A stretch of 64,000 bases of DNA from Callorhinchus milii (Eukaryota), in contig NW_024704742.1 in NCBI RefSeq assembly GCF_018977255.1, positions 106,270,001-106,334,000 on the forward strand, written 5' to 3'. A program made the position numbers and the translations under genes. The notes beneath the pieces are model-generated. The model had not been told where the DNA came from. It was given only the letters and a program-made list of their open reading frames with translations, and did not search any database. Positions 25,351 through 38,370 of this stretch are shown here, one piece after another. Within the stretch, counting starts at the first letter, position 1; each line of letters opens with the position of its first letter.

Positions 25351-25547
25351 GTCTGGCAGGACTTGAGGAGTGATGCCATTTGCTGGTGTAAATATATTTA
25401 GGAACTATTTTGGAACCCATGGTCATTCCAGGACAAACTACTGTTTTCCTAAAAGTATTAAGTGGCAGCTGGGATCAAGTACATAATACATACTCACATC
25501 TATTTCATTGTCCAGACAATATAGCAGATCATTGAAATAGCAAAGTG

Positions 25548-26238
25548 ACTCGTTGTAAATCCTTCCATGCCCTGGCATCTCCCTTGTTCTGTAGCTCAGT
25601 GGTTAGAGCACTCGCTTTGCAAGCTGGAGACCTGGGTTTGATTCCTGGCAGGGCAAAACCTTGGGCAAGTTTCCTTACTCCACACTTCTGATAATAATCC
25701 CTTAAGAAAAAATAATAAATTGGTCATTTCAATCCACAACTGTTTGTGGGACATTGCTGTGTGCAATTGGCTGCCGCACTTTGCCCACTTTGCCCACAAA
25801 TATACAGTCAATTTACTTTCCAGTCTATTCTGTGAAGTGCTTTGAGACGTCGAGAAGAAGTGAAAAGTACTATATCAAATGCAAGGATTATTATTATTGT
25901 TGTTATTACCTCTCCAACCTGCTTACTCCCTATTCCAACACCTGCCACTTCCGATCGGCTGACTCTGGCCTCCTGCTTGTCCCTCGTTCACTCTGCTCCA
26001 CCGTTGGCAGTTGTGTTTTCAGCCACTACAGCCTGAAACCTTGGAACTCGCTCCTTCAATTCCTCTGCCTTGCTCCCTCCTTCCCCATTTTCAGATCATG
26101 TCTGCAGACTTTCCTCTTTGACCGTGCTTACGATCACCCACCTCCTCCCCCAGCTCAGTATCAGACTATCACTGTTAAGTGCTCTGAGATGCTGTCCTGC
26201 ATGAAGTGCACTCTACTCTATAAATGCTGTTGTTGCAG
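25548..26238 (+). mobile_element. L2 3' fragment interrupted by a SINE
   Basis: L2 sequence AAATCCTTCCATGCCCTGGCATCTCCC resumes as TACCTCTCCAACCTG after the SINE; type B tail at the end. Confidence 0.85.
25588..25905 (+). mobile_element. tRNA(Ala)-derived SINE, short form
   Basis: CTGTAGCTCAGTGGTTAGAGCACTCGCTTTGCAAGC...TATATCAAATGCAAGGA(TTA)n. Confidence 0.92.
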
Positions 26239-26857
26239 TGTAAAATATTTCTAAGTCTGAAGATTTCTGTACATCTGAGTCAAGAGAAAAATCAATATTC
26301 TATGTAATATTTTTCCATACATTATTTTTTACCATGTTGATTATGATTTATCCAGTTTTGTTTCTTATTATTAATACATGTTCATGGTCTGGAATTTTTC
26401 CTTCACTGATGAATTACTCGCACAGTTTCCCTAATTAGCACAAATGACTTGATCACTATCTTCACAAAACAAGGGTGTTTCAGAATATTTGGGATGTTCT
26501 TAGGATCCTATAATTCACCAGCTACTACTTCAGCTGTGACCAGTAGTCATGATAGTAATGAGAAACAGTAAGCTCTGCATATAATTGGTGTTTTGAAATG
26601 CAGTATAATAAACTATGTCTGCCTTTCCTTGTAAAAACTCCATGCTTGGAAGCTTTTGCCTTTAGAAGCAAACATTCTGGTTCATGTCAAACAATAAGCT
26701 TTAGTTCTCAAATTGCTAACAGTTCCCTAACCATATTACAGAACCTTTTAGCGGTCCATAAAACAGACACTTAGTTATCTTCAAAATCCACTTTATATTT
26801 GTAGGAATTTCACAAAAGGACATTGAGGCAAACGGAATTGTATTGTGTACAGTATCG

Positions 26858-27400
26858 TGTTAACCTGGCTCAGTGTTAGTACTCTTGCCTCTGAGTCGGC
26901 AGGTTGTCTGTTCGAGCCCTACATACAGCCCTACACAATTGGATGGTGGTGATAAACTAAGGAATAAAAACGTTTCAGTTTGATGACCTTTTGTCAGGAA
27001 TTCTGATGAAAGGTCATCGACCTGAAACATTAACTCACTTTCTTCTCTGCATAGAATGCTGCCTGATCTGCTGAGTGTTCCCAGCAACTTCTGTTTTTAT
27101 TTCAGATTTCCAGCATCTGCAGTATTTTGCCTTGTGATAAACTAAGGTCCTGTCTGCCTGTTCAGGTGGACGATACAGATCCCATGGCACTAATTGAAAA
27201 GAGAAGGGCGTTTCTTGACCAACAATATCTTAGATAAAATTGAGCATTCGCTTCATGGTTATGTGACATTGCTGTAAGCCAATTCACTGCTTTATTCACA
27301 TACAAAATACAGAGTCACTTTATAGTAAATTCTATGAAGCGATTTGAAATGCTCTCCCAACATCAAAGATGTGATATCAAATGAAAATATTATTATTTAT
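26858..27400 (+). mobile_element. Deu-core SINE hosting a Penelope-type insertion
   Basis: TGGCTCAGTGTTAGTACTCTTGCCTCTGAGTC head; GTCTGCCTGTTCAGGTGGACGATACAGATCCCATGGCAC core after the insert. Confidence 0.8.
26963..27133 (+). mobile_element. Short Penelope-like element end with inverted hammerhead-ribozyme-like cores and a 14-bp TSD
   Basis: GTGATAAACTAAGG occurs at 26949-26962 and 27134-27147. Inside is CTGATGA-A-AGGTC-ATC-GACCT-GAAA (27003-27027), preceded by its inverted copy (~26969-26998). Confidence 0.85.
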
Positions 27401-27516
27401 TAAGTACAGTGAAGCTCATAAGTTTTGTATTTATAAATTGTATAATCGCCTAAGTCATACATACATCTGAGTCCCATTCATGTTCCTATCAAAACCATTT
27501 AGATTTCTTTGTGCTA

Positions 27517-27735
27517 GGCTTAGTGCTCTAACGAGCACTCGCTTTGCAAGTGAGAGACCTGAGTTCAATTCCAGGCAGAGGGCGAAACCTTGGGCAAGTT
27601 TCCTTACTCCACATGTCTAATAATAATCCCTCCAAAACAACCAAACAATAATAAATTGGTCATTTTCAAGCCATGACTGTTTGTGAGACATTGCTGTGCA
27701 TTATTATTATTATATTATAATAATATTATTATTAT
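27517..27735 (+). mobile_element. tRNA-derived SINE, short form, 3'-deleted
   Basis: GAGCACTCGCTTTGCAAGTGAGAGACCTGAGTTCAATTCC...ACATTGCTGTGC joined directly to an (ATT)n run. Confidence 0.85.
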
Positions 27736-27814
27736 ACAAGTTTGCCTGTAAATTGGACTTGCTGTAAATCAGATTAACTGTTACAGTTCTGACTGCTGCA
27801 AGTTTTATAAGTTT

Positions 27815-28010
27815 TACTGTACCTGGGCCTTTATTGGTTTCTCATCAAAGGCTTTTTGAAGCATTGTGTCCAAAATTGTATTACTCTCTACAAAGAAAGA
27901 AATTATCCTTCCCTCAGCCCTTAGTTTTAACCTTGGTTTTAATATTATGTCATCTAGTAATTGATTGTCCCCCAAGGGGAAAAATCTATTTATTTTGTTG
28001 ATTCCCATCC
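27815..28010 (-). mobile_element. CR1 LINE fragment
   Basis: ORF 27814..28008(-) reads GINKINRFFPLGD...ILKPRLKLRAEGRIISF, a CR1 ORF2 C-terminal remnant. Confidence 0.6.
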
Positions 28011-28849
28011 AAACTTAATCATATTCAGGTGTTGTGGAATGCTGATGACATTGCAGTAGTCCCTGAAATTTCACAATGTAGATCAGGACAAGTACACTGG
28101 CATTAACAATGAAGTCAATTTACATGTCTATACTACCTTTTATATCGAGAGAACATCTTGAAGTGCTTCACGCAGCTGCCTGCTAGCCTGAGATGGGATG
28201 TAGGGTTCTGAATAACCGCTGACGAGGAAGTAAAGTATCTCAATGAACCTTTTGCTAGGTCCAAGAATGGGAATTCAGCTCCAGAGCTCATAATTTTAAT
28301 GCAGAATGGAGAAACATCACAGCAGCAAAACACTTTTTTCACAGCAGGTCTGCGATGGTGTGGAATCAGTCCTAAGAGGCTCCTCCTTTTCCTTACCATT
28401 CACATGGTGGTATTGGCTATTAAACCTGTTATCTTGGTCCGAATGCAGCTCAGTAAGATCTAGTAAGTTGTGTTCTGTGAAACCTGACTTCCTTCTTGCA
28501 AATCCTTGCCTTCGCGGTCTCATTCACTGGTGTAAAATATTTCTTGGATGAACTGGGGGATTTTGCAGGTGTTTCCTTCATCACCTTTAATGAATTGAAT
28601 TTGGCAGATTTATTTTGGGTGAAAGTAATAATTTTCTGATGGAATTTGAAGAGAAGAAATAATGGGAATAGCACTAAACCACAAGTTGGCGATAAGTCCT
28701 AAACTCAACACCTGTTCAGTACCACTATTTAGTATTTTTATTTTTACATTTGCCATTGCTCGTAGTGGTTACCATAAATCATACGAATTTTGCATAAGTT
28801 AATGGTTAGCAGGGTAAAATTTGTAAGGCGTGTTTTAGTTTTCGTAAGC

Positions 28850-29210
28850 AAGGCTTCTGACATGCAAAAAGAATATGCAAACCTTGGAGTTTTTGAATGC
28901 CTCCTCTGCGTGGAAACATCCAACAACAACAACAAGATTCCATTTATAAAGCGCCTTTCACGTCAGGAGGACGTCCCAAGGCGCTGCACAGTTTGTAATC
29001 CCCATGTTTGTAATGGAACATGCACTCTCTCCCTGGAGGAATGCTCCCTGCTTACCTAGTACCAAAGACTATTAGCCGTAAGTTGACGAGAACCAAGGCT
29101 TGGGTACCTCGGAGTATAAGTTGGGATGTTGCTGGAGTTTAACCATCTAAGTTTAGCTTGTCATTGAAAGCATTGTCCGGCAAGCTTCCAAGTGCATCAC
29201 TTTAGTGCCA
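28850..29210 (-). repeat. Unassigned repeat family X, with an L2 type A tail inserted (~28920-28990)
   Basis: TGCACTCTCTCCCTGGAGGAATGCTCCCTGCTTACC...TGCTGGAGTTTAACCATCTAA matches 40569-40700. Confidence 0.75.
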
Positions 29211-29249
29211 GCTCAGGCTCGGTGTTAAACCACTCAATTTTTGAGCTGC

Positions 29250-29300
29250 AAAATATTACGCTGTGTGAAGGGCGCTATATAAATGCAAGTTGTTGTTGTT
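29250..29300 (+). mobile_element. Isolated L2 type B tail
   Basis: GTGAAGGGCGCTATATAAATGCAAG(TTG)n. Confidence 0.75.
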
Positions 29301-30849
29301 GGAGGATAGTCCGCGATGTGATAATTGATGCATTGTTTAAATTCGATTTCAGTACAATGGCTGAGCTAGAAGCTGTTGCTGGAGTTGCTGGCTATGGAGC
29401 TTGGCGTTTGAGTGCCCTTTCCTGGATACTGGCAATTCAGAATAAAAATCTAGAACTCATCATATTGCACTTCACAATTTCCACCTGTTTCCAAAGCTGA
29501 AGAAGTTTCATGGATCTTAGAGCTTTACCACAAAGCAAGAATTTCATTTTGAATGCAAGACCTGAGTCATTTTAATAACGACAGAACAGCAGTCAATTGG
29601 CAAAATAATTTATGAAGCTAAGTTTACAAATCTCTTCAAAATAACATGACTTTATTGTGCACATTATCTTTTACACATAAAAACTGCTGGGAAAATAATT
29701 CAATTCTGCTCACTGCTAATAAATTTAGAGTGCAGTACTTCTTTGTTTGAATATGTTGGTACAAAACTATTGAAGCCATGTTAAATAGGATTTCAGAAGA
29801 TCCTGTCACATAGAAGCACATTGTCATATGTTTACACCTGATTCCCCTGCTAAATCCATTGAAAATACCAAAAGCCTATGAGTAAACGCTGAGAGTTATA
29901 GGATTTTCCCACTGTAAAAAATCTCTCACAATATAGTTTGCACCCATTTAACCCTTTGTGTTCTGGATTGAAGTTATTCCATATTGAGCAAACTAGGCGT
30001 TTTTGGAACTATTTTAGATTTGATGCATCTTTTTCTACCTGAGTCTTGAATTATAAAATACACTAAACAAATACTGTGTAAATGATTCTTAGCGCTTGGA
30101 TACTTAAGGTCCTCCAGATTCCAGTACAGTGGAATAAAAGGTGATATATTGTGAGATGAGGTGGTCTGTATGCAATCAATTGTTGGTTGAAGTTTGAGAC
30201 AGTGAGAGATTGCAAACTGAGAACCCACGAGCTTCAAACAGACCAGTTTGATCAAGAATACAATGGTAAATGGCTGCTTTCTTTCACTATCGGCAGTGAG
30301 TCTTCCCACAGTCTTCATAGCTTATACCTTTATTTGTCTGGAGCCACTTGTTCATGTGAAACACTTAAGGGTTGACATTGTTGAATATGCAGTATATTAA
30401 AAAAATGCAATTATAAATTCAGATTGAATTATAAATAGAATAAATTTTCTTTTTTTTTGGTCAGGCAGGTGTCTGACACGTGCGGAAACCCAAAACTTTT
30501 AGGATAGTTATAAGTTAGTCATTTGATTTCCAGCAAGCACAGGTTTGAGCCATCACCAGGTGCATAGCCCATACCAGGAATTCCCTGTGAATTTCCCGTA
30601 TAGCAGCACAATGAATAGGGATGTGTGTCCCATTTTTAGGCTGGAGGATGGTGATATGCTCTCACCAACTACAAGCTGTGAGAGCACAGCTGTGCCCTTT
30701 CCCAGTTGTGACTCAGACCTTGACATATTCTATCTCTTTATGCTTTCTAAACCCCTTTACCATTCATTTAATATCCACTGCTTGTAATTGGTTCACTTTT
30801 CCTTCAACACGTTAAGAGACTTTGACAGTACAAAGACTATAGGAAGAGT

Positions 30850-31140
30850 CACTGTGATGCTATGGAGACACCATAACCTTTAATATTCCTCCTCTTTGGA
30901 ATTTCTCCATTTCCCGTCTAAAATAATTTATGGACTGTGATTTAACAAGTTTATTGCAGAGAATTCTGGATTCTGACCACGCTATGTGTAAAGACATGTT
31001 TTAACCTCTCTTTTAATTCATTTTGTGATCATCTTAAATTTGTGCTCCCTTGTTTCTGACCTGCCAATCGGTGGAAATAATCTATTGCTATTCAACCTAT
31101 AATATTGAAGACCTCTATCAGATCATCGTTTAACCTTCTC
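30850..31140 (-). mobile_element. CR1 LINE 3' fragment
   Basis: ATCTTAAATTTGTGCTCCCTTGTTTCTGAC...TTGAAGACCTCTATCAGATCATCG is the reverse of the CR1 RGDLIEVFK...TRGHxxK region. Confidence 0.7.
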
Positions 31141-31996
31141 ACTTGCTTTACTCACTGCTGCCAGATACAGAGACTTTTACAGCTGTTGCACAATGTATTG
31201 CACTTTATTATCAATGTGTTTAAACTAAAGTAAAAATGAGGAAACAAAAATATATTTCAGCACAAAATGGCTGAGCAATCATGTTAAACAAATGTAGCAG
31301 ATTAACACAGGAATGTCAAACAATTCACTATAAATCCTTTTGAAATACAAACACAAGTATATTTTCCTCCACAAGAGCCTTGACTCCAGTGGCATCTGTT
31401 CCTAGTAAAAGATCTGCGAGTCTCTGTTCTCAGATTAACCTGTCAGTGTGTTTTCTTTTTAGAATACCTCAGTTTTATTGCTGTTACTCCAAACAGCCTT
31501 TTGGAAGATAGATTGGAAGTCCGGTGCTAGTTTAAAATCAGCCAGTGTTATTATCTGGTGGATTTGGATGGGTTTACTAGCATATTCTGAATTTACTTGG
31601 ATATTCCCAAATAATTCCAGTATGCCAATATTACACCATTTGTCTTCTCGCTATCTTTATCCAGTAATCTTCCAATAAAAGCCTGGATGGAATAAAAAGG
31701 TAAAGCCAATAGTCTATTCAACAAAGCTTTCCTAGATGGCCTCTGGCAATGATTTCCTTTTATTGAAGTTTTAATTTGCACCGTTTACATTGTCTTTATA
31801 CCTCTTTATTCTCACTTTATCCAGATACATTATTACGATCTAATTGTGAAATTTTCAAAAGCATTTGTAAATAACAGATCCAGCAGTTACCCACTGACCC
31901 TCTGGATCTTCGTCTGGTGTGTGTCAGTTGACTTCGATCTCATGCCAGGTACCAGGAACATCTTTTAGTCTTCTTTGATTTATATTGTTGAGTTAA

Positions 31997-32296
31997 CCTG
32001 TAGCTTAGTGGTTAGAGAACTCACCTCACAAGAGGGAGTTGGATTTGATTCCCGGCAGGGAGAAACATTAGGCAAGTTTCCTTACTCCACACACCTCTGT
32101 TTACATAGCAGTAAGTAGGAACCCAATTGTTAGTCGCTTGGCTTTTCCGGGGGTAATAATTCCTTCAAAAAAAAATTAACAGGTCACTTAATCCACGACT
32201 GTTTGTGGGACACTGCTGTGCACAATTGGCTGCCTTGTTTCACCCACTATATCAAATAATAATAATCCTTGATAAATGCAAGGATTATTATTATTA
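31997..32296 (+). mobile_element. tRNA-derived SINE, long form, with internal 3' deletion
   Basis: CCTGTAGCTTAGTGGTTAGAG...GTTTACATAGCAGTAAGTAGGAACCC...AAATGCAAGGA(TTA)n. Confidence 0.9.
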
Positions 32297-33609
32297 ACCA
32301 TCAAGCTAGTACAGGATAAACTGACAATTCCAATAAAGGTGCAGGTGGCTACTGCCCCAACCAATGTGACGGAGTATAGGAGGGAGGTCATGATAATGAC
32401 TAATCTTATTATTGACTAGTATACTGTAACAATGGAACAATTATCACTGGTGATAATTAAACGCATCACACAGCACAATTTTCATCCTATAAATACAAAG
32501 CATAGTGGGTTTATCAGCATCTGAAACAGAAAGATAGGTCAAGAAGATGAAATGAAAATTCTAGGGAGGTGGATGGTACATAATTGTCCTTAGTGACACG
32601 CATTCTGAATTATGTTGGCCAAGTTTTGATTCTGATGTATTCGAACTGTCACATAACTTTTCTAAATGCCAGGCCTCTTGTGTCTGTTATGTATGGAAAT
32701 TATTGGAAGGACTGCAAACAAAGTAAAAAAAATCTATTAACATAATGGAAGGTTGCAGATAAAAACTGTAAATTGACTTACCATAATTTATGTTCATTTT
32801 AAATAGTCTATTAATTATAGAGTAAGTGCTACTATTTAATTACCAATAAATTAAAGGAAAGCTAATTGTCACATCCTTTATTACCTCAGCCTCTTCTTCA
32901 GCCTATTTTTGAAACTATTCCCTCCAGTTTTCAAGCCACACATTTAATTGCCTGTGAGTTGGTGGTCATGCATGATGATGCCAATGTAATTACACAGGTA
33001 CACAATAAAACTAGTGTAATTTGGCATGATTAATTAGTGGAAAAATGTCTAGAAATAAAAGATAATCGTGTTAAAAGAGCCCATTAATAATACAAATATT
33101 ATTTGATTAAAAAAGTGACATCTCCAGGCGTCAGTGACATTAGCTCAGCACTGGAATCAAACTTGCACAATGATAGCTCCATTTGTGATATTGGAAGTAT
33201 CAATGCAGAATCCTGAAATGCTCACTAATTTGCTTCTGTAATAACTGTTCCTATCCCTAGTGCTAGCTTGTTCTGTGCAGACAATGTTGACTGACAATTT
33301 TGTTGAAGTCAAAGATGTTGAACAGAAAGCAGAAGAGCTTCTGAAATGCTTTGAACCATGAAGGGAAAATGATTCTGATAGAAATTAAGCAGTTAATATG
33401 AGGCCAATTGAGATGATAGAATTCCCCAAACTTTAATAAAGATCATTATTAAAATAAATGCAAATAGGCATGTGAGAGCTGAAAGTAGAATGAAATGGAA
33501 CGGTATGTTGCAAAGTTGAACTTATTGGTCACCAAAAAAGGCATTTATGCAAAAAGACAATTGAGTGGCAATCTTGAGTTTAAAGTAGGAAAAAATTGAC
33601 AAAAATTGA

Positions 33610-33875
33610 CATATGAAGTACAGCATTGAAACAGGCCACTCGGTCCAACCAGTCCATGCCTGTGTTTATACTCCAAACAAGTCTCTACCCATTCCTTACT
33701 CCTCCAATACCCTTCTATTCCCCTCATGTATTGCCCTCATGTGAAGGTCTAGCTTCCTCTTGAATGCATCATATTATTTCATTCAACCATCAGTTCAGGA
33801 GTTCCACAATCTCACTACACTCTGTGTGAAGTAGTTCCTTTTACATCCCCTAGTCACTATCTTATAGCTGTGTCT
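33610..33875 (-). mobile_element. CR1 LINE 3' fragment
   Basis: GAAACAGGCCACTCGGTCCAACCAGTCCATGCC (reverse CR1 3' stem) and TTCCACAATCTCACTACACTCTGTGTGAAG. Confidence 0.8.
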
Positions 33876-34099
33876 CCTGGTTTGTATTGTTTCGACATGA
33901 TGAGGTGCTATAAAAATGTGGGTTCTTTCTGGTTTTAAATTACTGTAATATTCCATGTGATACAATCAACCAATCTATTAGCTTCAACATATTTAATTCA
34001 ATGTATTGGGTTCAGATGCTGTGAACTGGATAATTGAGACAGTTTAAACAGCACAGTGTGATCTAGTCTTTGGGAAGATAATAATAAAAAATATACTTT

Positions 34100-34492
34100 C
34101 ATTTAATATAATGCCTTTGACATCGGGAGAACATCTCAAAGTGCTGGGAGGCAGGATTTACCTTGAAATGTGAGATTCTGTATTTTGCAGGCAAATGGGG
34201 CAGCCAATTTTGCATACAGCGATGTTCAGCCATGAAGTGAATGATCAGTTTCATCTGGAGGAATGTTGGCTGGGACAAAGGGAGAAACTTCCTTCTCTTT
34301 TTACAAAACAAGCATTTATGTAGTGCCCCTCACGCAGGGTAGCGTCTCAGAGTGCTTTTAAATATGGGATCATTAATGTCCAGCTGAACAAGCAGTCAGG
34401 TCCTCGGTTTAACACTTGATTTGAAGGACGAGGGTATCTCCAGAAATCTTCTGATTCAGTGCAGAGTGCTACCAACTGAATCAGTCTGACAC
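34100..34492 (-). mobile_element. Deu-core SINE interrupted by an L2 type B tail (~34308-34357)
   Basis: GAGTGCTACCAACTGAATCAGTCTGACAC head and GGTCCTCGGTTTAAC core; insert GCATTTATGTAGTGCCCCTCACGCAGGGTAGCGTCTCAGAGTGC. Confidence 0.8.
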
Positions 34493-34745
34493 CTTGAAGG
34501 GGTTAAAGAACAAAATACAGAATGTATAATATATCCCTGCGCACCACCAATGACGGATTTTTAACTGGTCTGCTCAGTTTCCTAGGCCACTAGTTAATTA
34601 TCTGATAGACTACTTGGAATGCCTAATATTGATATAAAATAGTCATGATTTTAATTGCACGAGGAAAGATGGTCTTCTATAAATTTGTCCATTGTTTCAA
34701 TTTAGATTACAATTTCCGTAAGAGAAATTTGCGTAATTTGCAGCT

Positions 34746-34810
34746 CTGCAAATTATATAAAAGGAATAATTTATCAGATCTGTAAATTGTATAAAAGGAA
34801 TAATTTATCA
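34746..34810 (+). repeat. 34-bp tandem duplication
   Basis: CTG(C/T)AAATT(A/G)TATAAAAGGAATAATTTATCA at 34746 and 34780. Confidence 0.85.
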
Positions 34811-34859
34811 ATTGCAGCTCTTAAGTGTTTAATTTTTGGAGCAGATCCAACGTTATCAT

Positions 34860-35594
34860 GGATAAGCCAGTCTGGAACCTTGGGATCTTGTTTGACCCTC
34901 AACAATCCTTTCTACCTCACATCTGCACCATGAGCCGCTCTGCCTTCCCCCACCTCTGCAACAATGCCCGGCTCCACCACTGTCTCAGACCGCAGGCTGC
35001 CGAGACCCTCAGACATGCTTTCATTACATCGAGGCGCGACTATGCAAACTCATTGCTTGTCGGCCTCCCCAACTCCTCCCTCCACAGGCTGCAGATCATC
35101 CAGAACTCTGCAGCCCGTGTCCTCTTTCACACTCTGCTCCATGACCCTATCACCTCCATCCTTGCCCAACTACACTGGCTTCCCATCACACAGAGGATAC
35201 AGTTCAAGATGCTGGTCCTCATTTTCAAAGCCCTCCATGGTTTTGCTCCCCCCTATCTCCGCGACTGCATGACCCACTACCATCATGCTCGCTCAGCAGG
35301 CTCTGGCTTGACGTCCCCCGCCTTGCTCGCCCCACTATTGGTGGGCGAGCCTACTGCTACTCTGCCCCCACCCTCTGGAACTTCATCCCACAGTCCCTCC
35401 GCCTCGCCCCCTCCCTCGCCACCTTCAAGACCCATCTCAAGACCCTCCTCTTCGACCATGCTTTCGATCTCCCTGCTTCCCACCTGGCCCTCCACCCTCC
35501 CCGACCCCGACCCCCATCTCGGGTCCGTAACTCTATTTAACGGAACGTCCCCCTGACGTAAAAGGCGCTTTACAAATGTAATTTTGTTGTTGTT
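34860..35594 (+). mobile_element. L2 LINE 3' fragment (RT C-terminus) with type A tail
   Basis: ORF 34825..35556 reads NLGILFD...AAETLRHAFITSRRDYANSLL...[10 protein letters not shown]...LHWLPITQRIQFK; (TTG)n tail. Confidence 0.95.
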
Positions 35595-35597
35595 GAT

Positions 35598-36305
35598 AGC
35601 ACTGGAGCTTGCAGACCAGGAGCCTGTTGTATTGAATAACTGTCTATGTTGAGTTTGTTGGTCTCAGCATGGAGAGGTGCAATTGACCCTGGCCATTTCA
35701 AGTTTGGTACAGGGGAAACTAGCCAAGGTTCATGTTCCTGGTACTTCTCCTGGTTACGTCTGTTTGTGGCACCTGGTGGGGAGTGTCAGGCTTGGCTGTG
35801 ACGCCTAAAATCAGTAGCCTTCATGTACAGGCACCTCCCTACCTCTCTGACATGCTTATTCCGCATAACACTACCTGCCACCTCTGCTCGGCTGGCTCTA
35901 GCCTCCCACATGCCCCTCATCCCCTCTGTTCCATGATCGGAGGCCGTGCTTTCATTCACTGTGTCCCGAAACTCAGGAACTCTCTTCCTCAACCCCTCAG
36001 CCTTGCTCCCTCTTTCCCAATTTTCAGTTCACTCCTTAAAACCTTCCTCTTTGACCATGCCTACGGTCATCTCCCCTCTCCCCCTGGCTCGGTGTCAGGC
36101 TCCGCCACTGTCAAGCACTCCGAGACACTACTCAGCGTGAATAGTACTACTCGGAACACTACTCGGCGCTATATAAATGCAAGTTGTTGTTGTTGATACC
36201 CTCTACAGTCCAGTGACCTGCTGTCACTCATTACCAAGGCTAACACTTGATTAATGGACACTTGGTTGGGGTGACAGAGAACAACCAGTGCCCTTGGAAC
36301 TCACA
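35598..36305 (+). mobile_element. Old SINE-like repeat split by an L2 3' fragment (~35828-36195)
   Basis: TTGAGTTTGTTGGTCTCAGC...AGCCAAGGTTC...GGCTTGGCTGTGACGCC before the L2 and CCTGCTGTCACTCA...AATGGACACTTGG...GTGCCCTTGGAACT after it. The L2 part reads PPYLSDML...IGGRAF...LKTFLFD. A related head lies near 43015-43150. Confidence 0.65.
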
Positions 36306-36717
36306 GAAGTTAGAAGAGAATAGCAGAGGAGGAAATTGGAAAAATATACATTTTATTGGGAAAAAAGTTAAATTTTTTCCAAACAGTATTTTAGAATGCT
36401 ACACATCAGTTCTATATATTATGGTAAATGTTTCCCTAGTACAGCTACCCAGTGAGAGGATAATCTGTTAAATACCTTTTCACACATTTTACATGGCAGA
36501 TTTGATGTTATTTCAAAACCCTCATGGGTGGTGGAACCATATCCCAGCAAGAGACCAGATTGGAAGCAGACCAGATTGGGAACAGAGAAACATTTTAAGG
36601 AGAAAATTCGGAAAATAATTGGACACATTAAATTTAAAAACAAATGTATATTTTAGTAATACGGAAGTAATATCTCAGCAACAAAACCACTTAAATCTGA
36701 GGCCTGAAAGTTGACAA

Positions 36718-37010
36718 AGCACTCGCTTTGCAAGCGAGAGACCTGAGTTCAATTCCGGGCAGGGCGAAACCTTAGGCAAGTTTCCTTACTCTACATGCCT
36801 AATAATAATCCCTCCAAAACCAAAAACAATAATAAATTGGTCATTTTCAATCTACGACTGTTTGTGGGACATTGATGTGCGCAATTGGCTGCTGTGTTCG
36901 CCCACAAATATACAGTCAATTCACTTTACAATGTGTTCTGTGAAGTGCTTTGGGACGTCCTCCCGACGTAAAAAGCCCTATATCAAATGCAAGGATTATT
37001 ATTATTATTA
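36718..37010 (+). mobile_element. tRNA(Ala)-derived SINE, short form, young
   Basis: Near-identical to 42303-42556; tail stem-loop GGGACGTCCTCCCGACGT. Confidence 0.92.
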
Positions 37011-38109
37011 TGTTCTTTGGTATAAGACCAATCTCCAAATTGGACTGAATTGGAGTGGCTTTCACCATTTTGCAAGACCATAAGTTTTAAGACAAAGGTC
37101 TGGTTCTAACACTCAAGAACACAAGACAGAAATTTCCCCTGATGTCCTCATCAACAATCCTGAGATAAAATTGGCCATTCACTTTACTTCATGGATGATT
37201 GTGGGAAATTGCTATATGCAAAATAGCTGTTGCATTCACCTACAAAGTCACAATTCCGACACTTTAAAATAAATGCTGAGACATTTTAACATAAGGATTA
37301 TTAACATGGGTCTGAGAATGGGTCTGTGGCTTTGATATTGGTTCATTGTCTTAGGGGTTGAAATCATAAACACATAGCCAAACTATGACCCCAGAATTCC
37401 CCAGAGATGCTGGTTGTCAGGGAGTTAAATAGAATGCATTCATCACAACTATCGCATATAGGTAATTGATGTCATTAAGCAGTCTAAGACACAAGCCTAA
37501 TAATGATCAACATCTTTAGCTTGAAGTTATCAATTTTGTTGGTTTAATTTAAAAGCTGAACGAGACCATCATTTGTATGACCGCGGTTACAAAGGTTTTT
37601 TTCACTATAAAGTATATTTAATTTGAGCTGTTTGTAAAATGAGCAAAATGTGCTTTCTTTCGTCACTTTCAATTCCCTACATTGCTTTTTTGTGTGGAAG
37701 AAAAGTGCTGGCTAGCATTGCAATGAAATTGTTGTGTGGACCACAGGTCACTGTGCTGAAGACTGAAGTGTGAATCATGATAGATTAACTAGCAGGTTTC
37801 CAATTGTGCAATGGGTGGGGGTGGGTGGGGAGGGAAGTAGACATAAGATTGTGTCTCTCAGGAGAGGAGATAGAAATAAAAAATCTCCATGGATACAATA
37901 TGAAATAGGTTCAACTCGGGCTAAGAACATGTTGAAAAACAAGGTTAAATGTTTTTGTCCTAAATTCAAGAAGCATTTGGAATAAACAATTTTATTAGAA
38001 TTACGGACAGCTAGTGAAAATATTAATATTATTGATGTCACAGGAGCATAGCAGTTGAAATACACAAGAAAGAGATCTAAAATTAGTAAAGAAGGCCAAC
38101 ACTTTACAA

Positions 38110-38370
38110 GACTAGATGTTGAGTGAGGGAGGTGTGGGGAAGGGAGGTGGCCATAGGCACATTCAAATAGATTTAAATGGGATTTAAGAACAGAAAAAAA
38201 GTCTGTGAAATTGAGGGTTAACAAGAGGGAGTTCTAGGGGTTAGGAATGCAGGAACTGAAGACTTGGCCTAAAGTGGTGTCACAGAGAGATGAGAAAACA
38301 CACAGCAAGCCTGAGTTAGCTGAGCGGAGGCGTTGAGTGGAGGATAAGGGTAGGAGATGACATTGCAGGC
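38110..38370 (-). mobile_element. Decayed L2 3' fragment
   Basis: Reverse frames read RLRSANSGLLCV and HLNLFECAYGHLPSP. Confidence 0.65.

Noticed and set aside
30187..30375. QFDQEYNGKW resembling the lipocalin GxW motif
   Set aside because: Too short a match, with no convincing splice acceptor or further exons.
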